DNA from: Mobula hypostoma
Taxonomy: Eukaryota
Assembly (NCBI RefSeq): GCF_963921235.1
Contig: NC_086097.1
Span: forward strand, 227,976,001-228,040,000
Direction of reading: 5' to 3'
Length of the DNA: 64,000 nt
Positions 61,370 to 64,000 of this stretch are shown here, piece by piece; positions within the stretch are counted from its first letter, which is position 1, and the number at the start of each line of letters is the position of its first letter. The translations under genes were made by a program, and so were the position numbers. The notes under the pieces are model-generated. The model was not told where the DNA came from, made no database searches, and was given only the letters and a program-made list of their open reading frames with translations.

Positions 61370-63525
61370 ATTGGAAAATAGATTTATTATTGTCACTTGT
61401 GCTGAGGTACAGTGATGTACCTGTTTTGCATACTGCTCTTACAGATCAATACAACAGTGCATTGAGGTAGTGAATAAAATAGAACAATAACAGAGTGCAG
61501 AATAAAGTGTTACAGTTACAAAGTGCACTGCTGGAAGACAATGAGGTGCAAGGACGTAACAAGGTAGATCATGAGGTCAAGAGTCCATCTTATCATACTA
61601 GGGAACCATTCAATGATGTCATGACAATATAACAGAAGCTGACCTTGAGCTTAGTGGTATGTGCTTTCAGACTTTTGTATTCTCTAACCAATCAAAAGGG
61701 GGAGGATAAACTATGCCCATAGTAGGTGGGGTGTTTGATTATGCTGGCTGCTTTACCAAGGCAACAAGAAATGTACGTAGAGTCTGAGGGGAGGGTGCTT
61801 CTGTGATGTAGTGAGTTGTGTCCACAACACTCTACAGTTTCTTGTGTTCACGGACTGAGCAGTTGCCACACCAAGCCATGATGCATTCAGTTAGGATGCT
61901 TTCTATGATGCATTGATTAAACATTGGTGAGGGTCAAAGGGGAAATGCCAAAGTTCTGTAGCCCCCTGAGGAAGTAGGGACATTGATGAGCTTTCTTGGC
62001 TGTGGCATCTACGTGTTGAACCAGGATGAGCTGTTGATGATGTTCACTCCTAGGAACCTGAAGTTCTCAACTATCTCCACCTCAGCACCATTGATATAGA
62101 TAGAAGCATTTAGACCGTCCCCCTTCCTGAAGTCAATGACCAGTCCTTTTGTTTTACTGACATTGAGGAAAAGAATGTCAGGACACCATGCTACTATGCT
62201 CTCTATTTCCTTCCTCTTCTCTGACTAATCATTATTTGAAATACAACCTACTACTGTGGCATCATCTGTGTACTTGTGGATGGATTTAGGGCAGAATCTG
62301 TCCACACAGTTGTGAGTATATAGGGAGTGGAATAGAGGCTGAGGACTCAGCTTTGTGGGGCACCAGTGTTGTTGCAGAGATATTGCCGCCTATCCTTACT
62401 GATTGCGTTCTGTTGGTCAGAGAGTCAAGGATCCATTTGCAAAGGATGGTGTTGAAACCCACACCTGAGAGTTCGGAGATAAGTTTACTTGGAACTACAG
62501 GATTAAAAACAGAACTTGGAGGCCATTCATTCAGCATTTTCATTTGATGTAATTTGATCATTTCCAAACTTGTTTTATCTCCCTGTACTGTTGTTGGAGG
62601 GGATTGGAGTCGTCGACACTAAGGTTTTCTTCTTTTCCATTTTTAAGTTGTTAGTTTTGCCCAAGTCTTTTAGGTTAGTTGATTAATTTTGTTTTTCTTT
62701 GGGGATGGGTTTTTTTTTGTTTTGTTTTTTTTTCTTTTTCATTTTTTTCCAGTTTTTTTTTAATTTTGTATTATCCGTGATTAGTTCTACATGTTTGGGA
62801 GGGTTTTGTTAAGTTCCACTACTTGGTTTTGCAATTAATTTTTTGTAAGTGTAACATTACATCTCCTTCTATTTGTATTATGGCTATGTTCTGTTTCTGT
62901 ATTTTGAAATTAATAAAAAGATTGAAAAGAAAGAAAAACAGAACTTTAGTCAGTTCAAAAAAAAATAGTCTAACGTAGGCACCTTTACTGTGCAGATGCT
63001 TCTGAGAAGAGTGTAGGGCCAGGGAAATGGCACCCTTCAAAGACCTGTTTAAACAGTTGGCGAATTGAAGTGTGACGAAGTTGTCTTGGAAGCTGGAGTT
63101 GACGTGTGCCACGACCAGCCTCCTGAGGCACTTTCTGATGGTAGCTGTCAGCGCTACTGGCAGTAGTCATTAAGGCAAGTTCCATTGATTTGTTTAAGAT
63201 ACTCGAATAATAGAGTTTTTCTTAAATCAGGTGGAAGTCAAAGATTGAAGCAGAGAGAGGTTAGAAATGTCTGCAAATGCACCTTAAAGTTGATCTGTGT
63301 ATAATATACAGACAGAGCCATGGACTCCATTGAGGCCAGAAACTTTCTTTGAATTCACTCTCTGGAAGACTGAGCTTTCATCTGCAATGGTGACTGTGGG
63401 CTCAGGTGCACCAGAGCTGTCAAGATGGGTTACTACAAGTACATTCCAATCTCCTCTGTTCAATCATACATAGAATGCATTAAGTTTATCAGGAAGGGAT
63501 GTGCTGTTGTCAGCAATGCTGCCTG
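61370..63525 (-). mobile_element. Degenerate Rex1/Babar-like LINE (RT and 3' end), host of the L1 insertion
   Basis: [10 protein letters not shown]...[19 protein letters not shown] and AISLALHS...KGAYVRLFF. Confidence 0.75.
62518..62933 (+). mobile_element. 5'-truncated L1-clade 3' end with a perfect 13-bp TSD
   Basis: AAAAACAGAACTT at 62505-62517 and 62934-62946. ORF2 end [12 protein letters not shown]-rich UTR, AATAAA and an A-rich tail. Confidence 0.8.
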
Positions 63526-63574
63526 ACAGCATTCAAGTGTGGGTGAGAAGTTACATTGAGGGCCCTACATATCA

Positions 63575-64000
63575 GTTAAGAATCCCAATCAGTTAAGTTA
63601 GACAACCTCTCCTCCTCCACTCTGACCCTAAAAACGGCGTGCCTCAAGGCTGTGTGCTGAGCCCTCTTCTGTACTCCCTTTTCACCTATGACTGCATTCC
63701 TGTACATGGTTCTAACTCCATAATCAAGTTCGCAGATGACACCACGGTGGTTGGTCTGATCAGAGGGAATGACAAGACGGCCTACAGGGACAAGGTCCTG
63801 CATGGTGTGCCGACAACAATCTGGCCCTTAACACCCAGAAGACCAAGGAGATCATTGTGGACTTCAGGCATGCCAGAAGTCACACTCACGTCCCCATCTA
63901 CATCAACGGAACTGTAGTGGAGCGTGTATCAAGCTTCAAATTCCTTGGTGTCCACATTTCCGAGGATCTCACCTGGTCCCTGAACTCCTCCATCCTGATC
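63575..64000 (+). mobile_element. Rex1/Babar LINE RT fragment running off the window end
   Basis: PQGCVLSPLLYSLFTYDC...IIKFADDTTVVGLI. Confidence 0.9.

Noticed and set aside
1..64000. Prokaryotic-type systems (CRISPR arrays, operons, retrons) and genuine tRNA/rRNA genes
   Set aside because: I saw no regularly spaced repeat-spacer array or operon structure. The tRNA-like boxes belong to SINE heads.

Overview
Eukaryotic, repeat-dense vertebrate genomic DNA. The repeat repertoire (CR1 and Rex1/Babar LINEs, V-SINEs, Penelope remnants) suggests a cartilaginous fish; this is an inference. The only host gene I can support is the 5' part of a SERINC-family (serine incorporator, most like SERINC3) gene on the minus strand. 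Four coding exons with canonical GT-AG boundaries (37613-37578, 20603-20442, 10145-9955, 9499-9420) splice in frame, and the rest of the gene presumably lies left of the window. Its CpG-rich promoter has a perfect CRE and is directly abutted by a ~10.3 kb almost pure C/T tract, whose giant ORFs are artefacts. Most of the rest is nested transposable elements: CR1, Rex1/Babar, an L1 3' end with a perfect TSD, Hero-like and R4/Dong-like restriction-like-endonuclease retrotransposons, Gypsy remnants, a solo LTR, an IR/DR Tc1 transposon, Penelope pieces with decayed hammerhead ribozymes, and an RTE-type non-autonomous family with a candidate HDV-like ribozyme fold. Repeat boundaries are approximate unless a TSD or TIR is quoted. 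I found no evidence for a wholly new multi-gene system.
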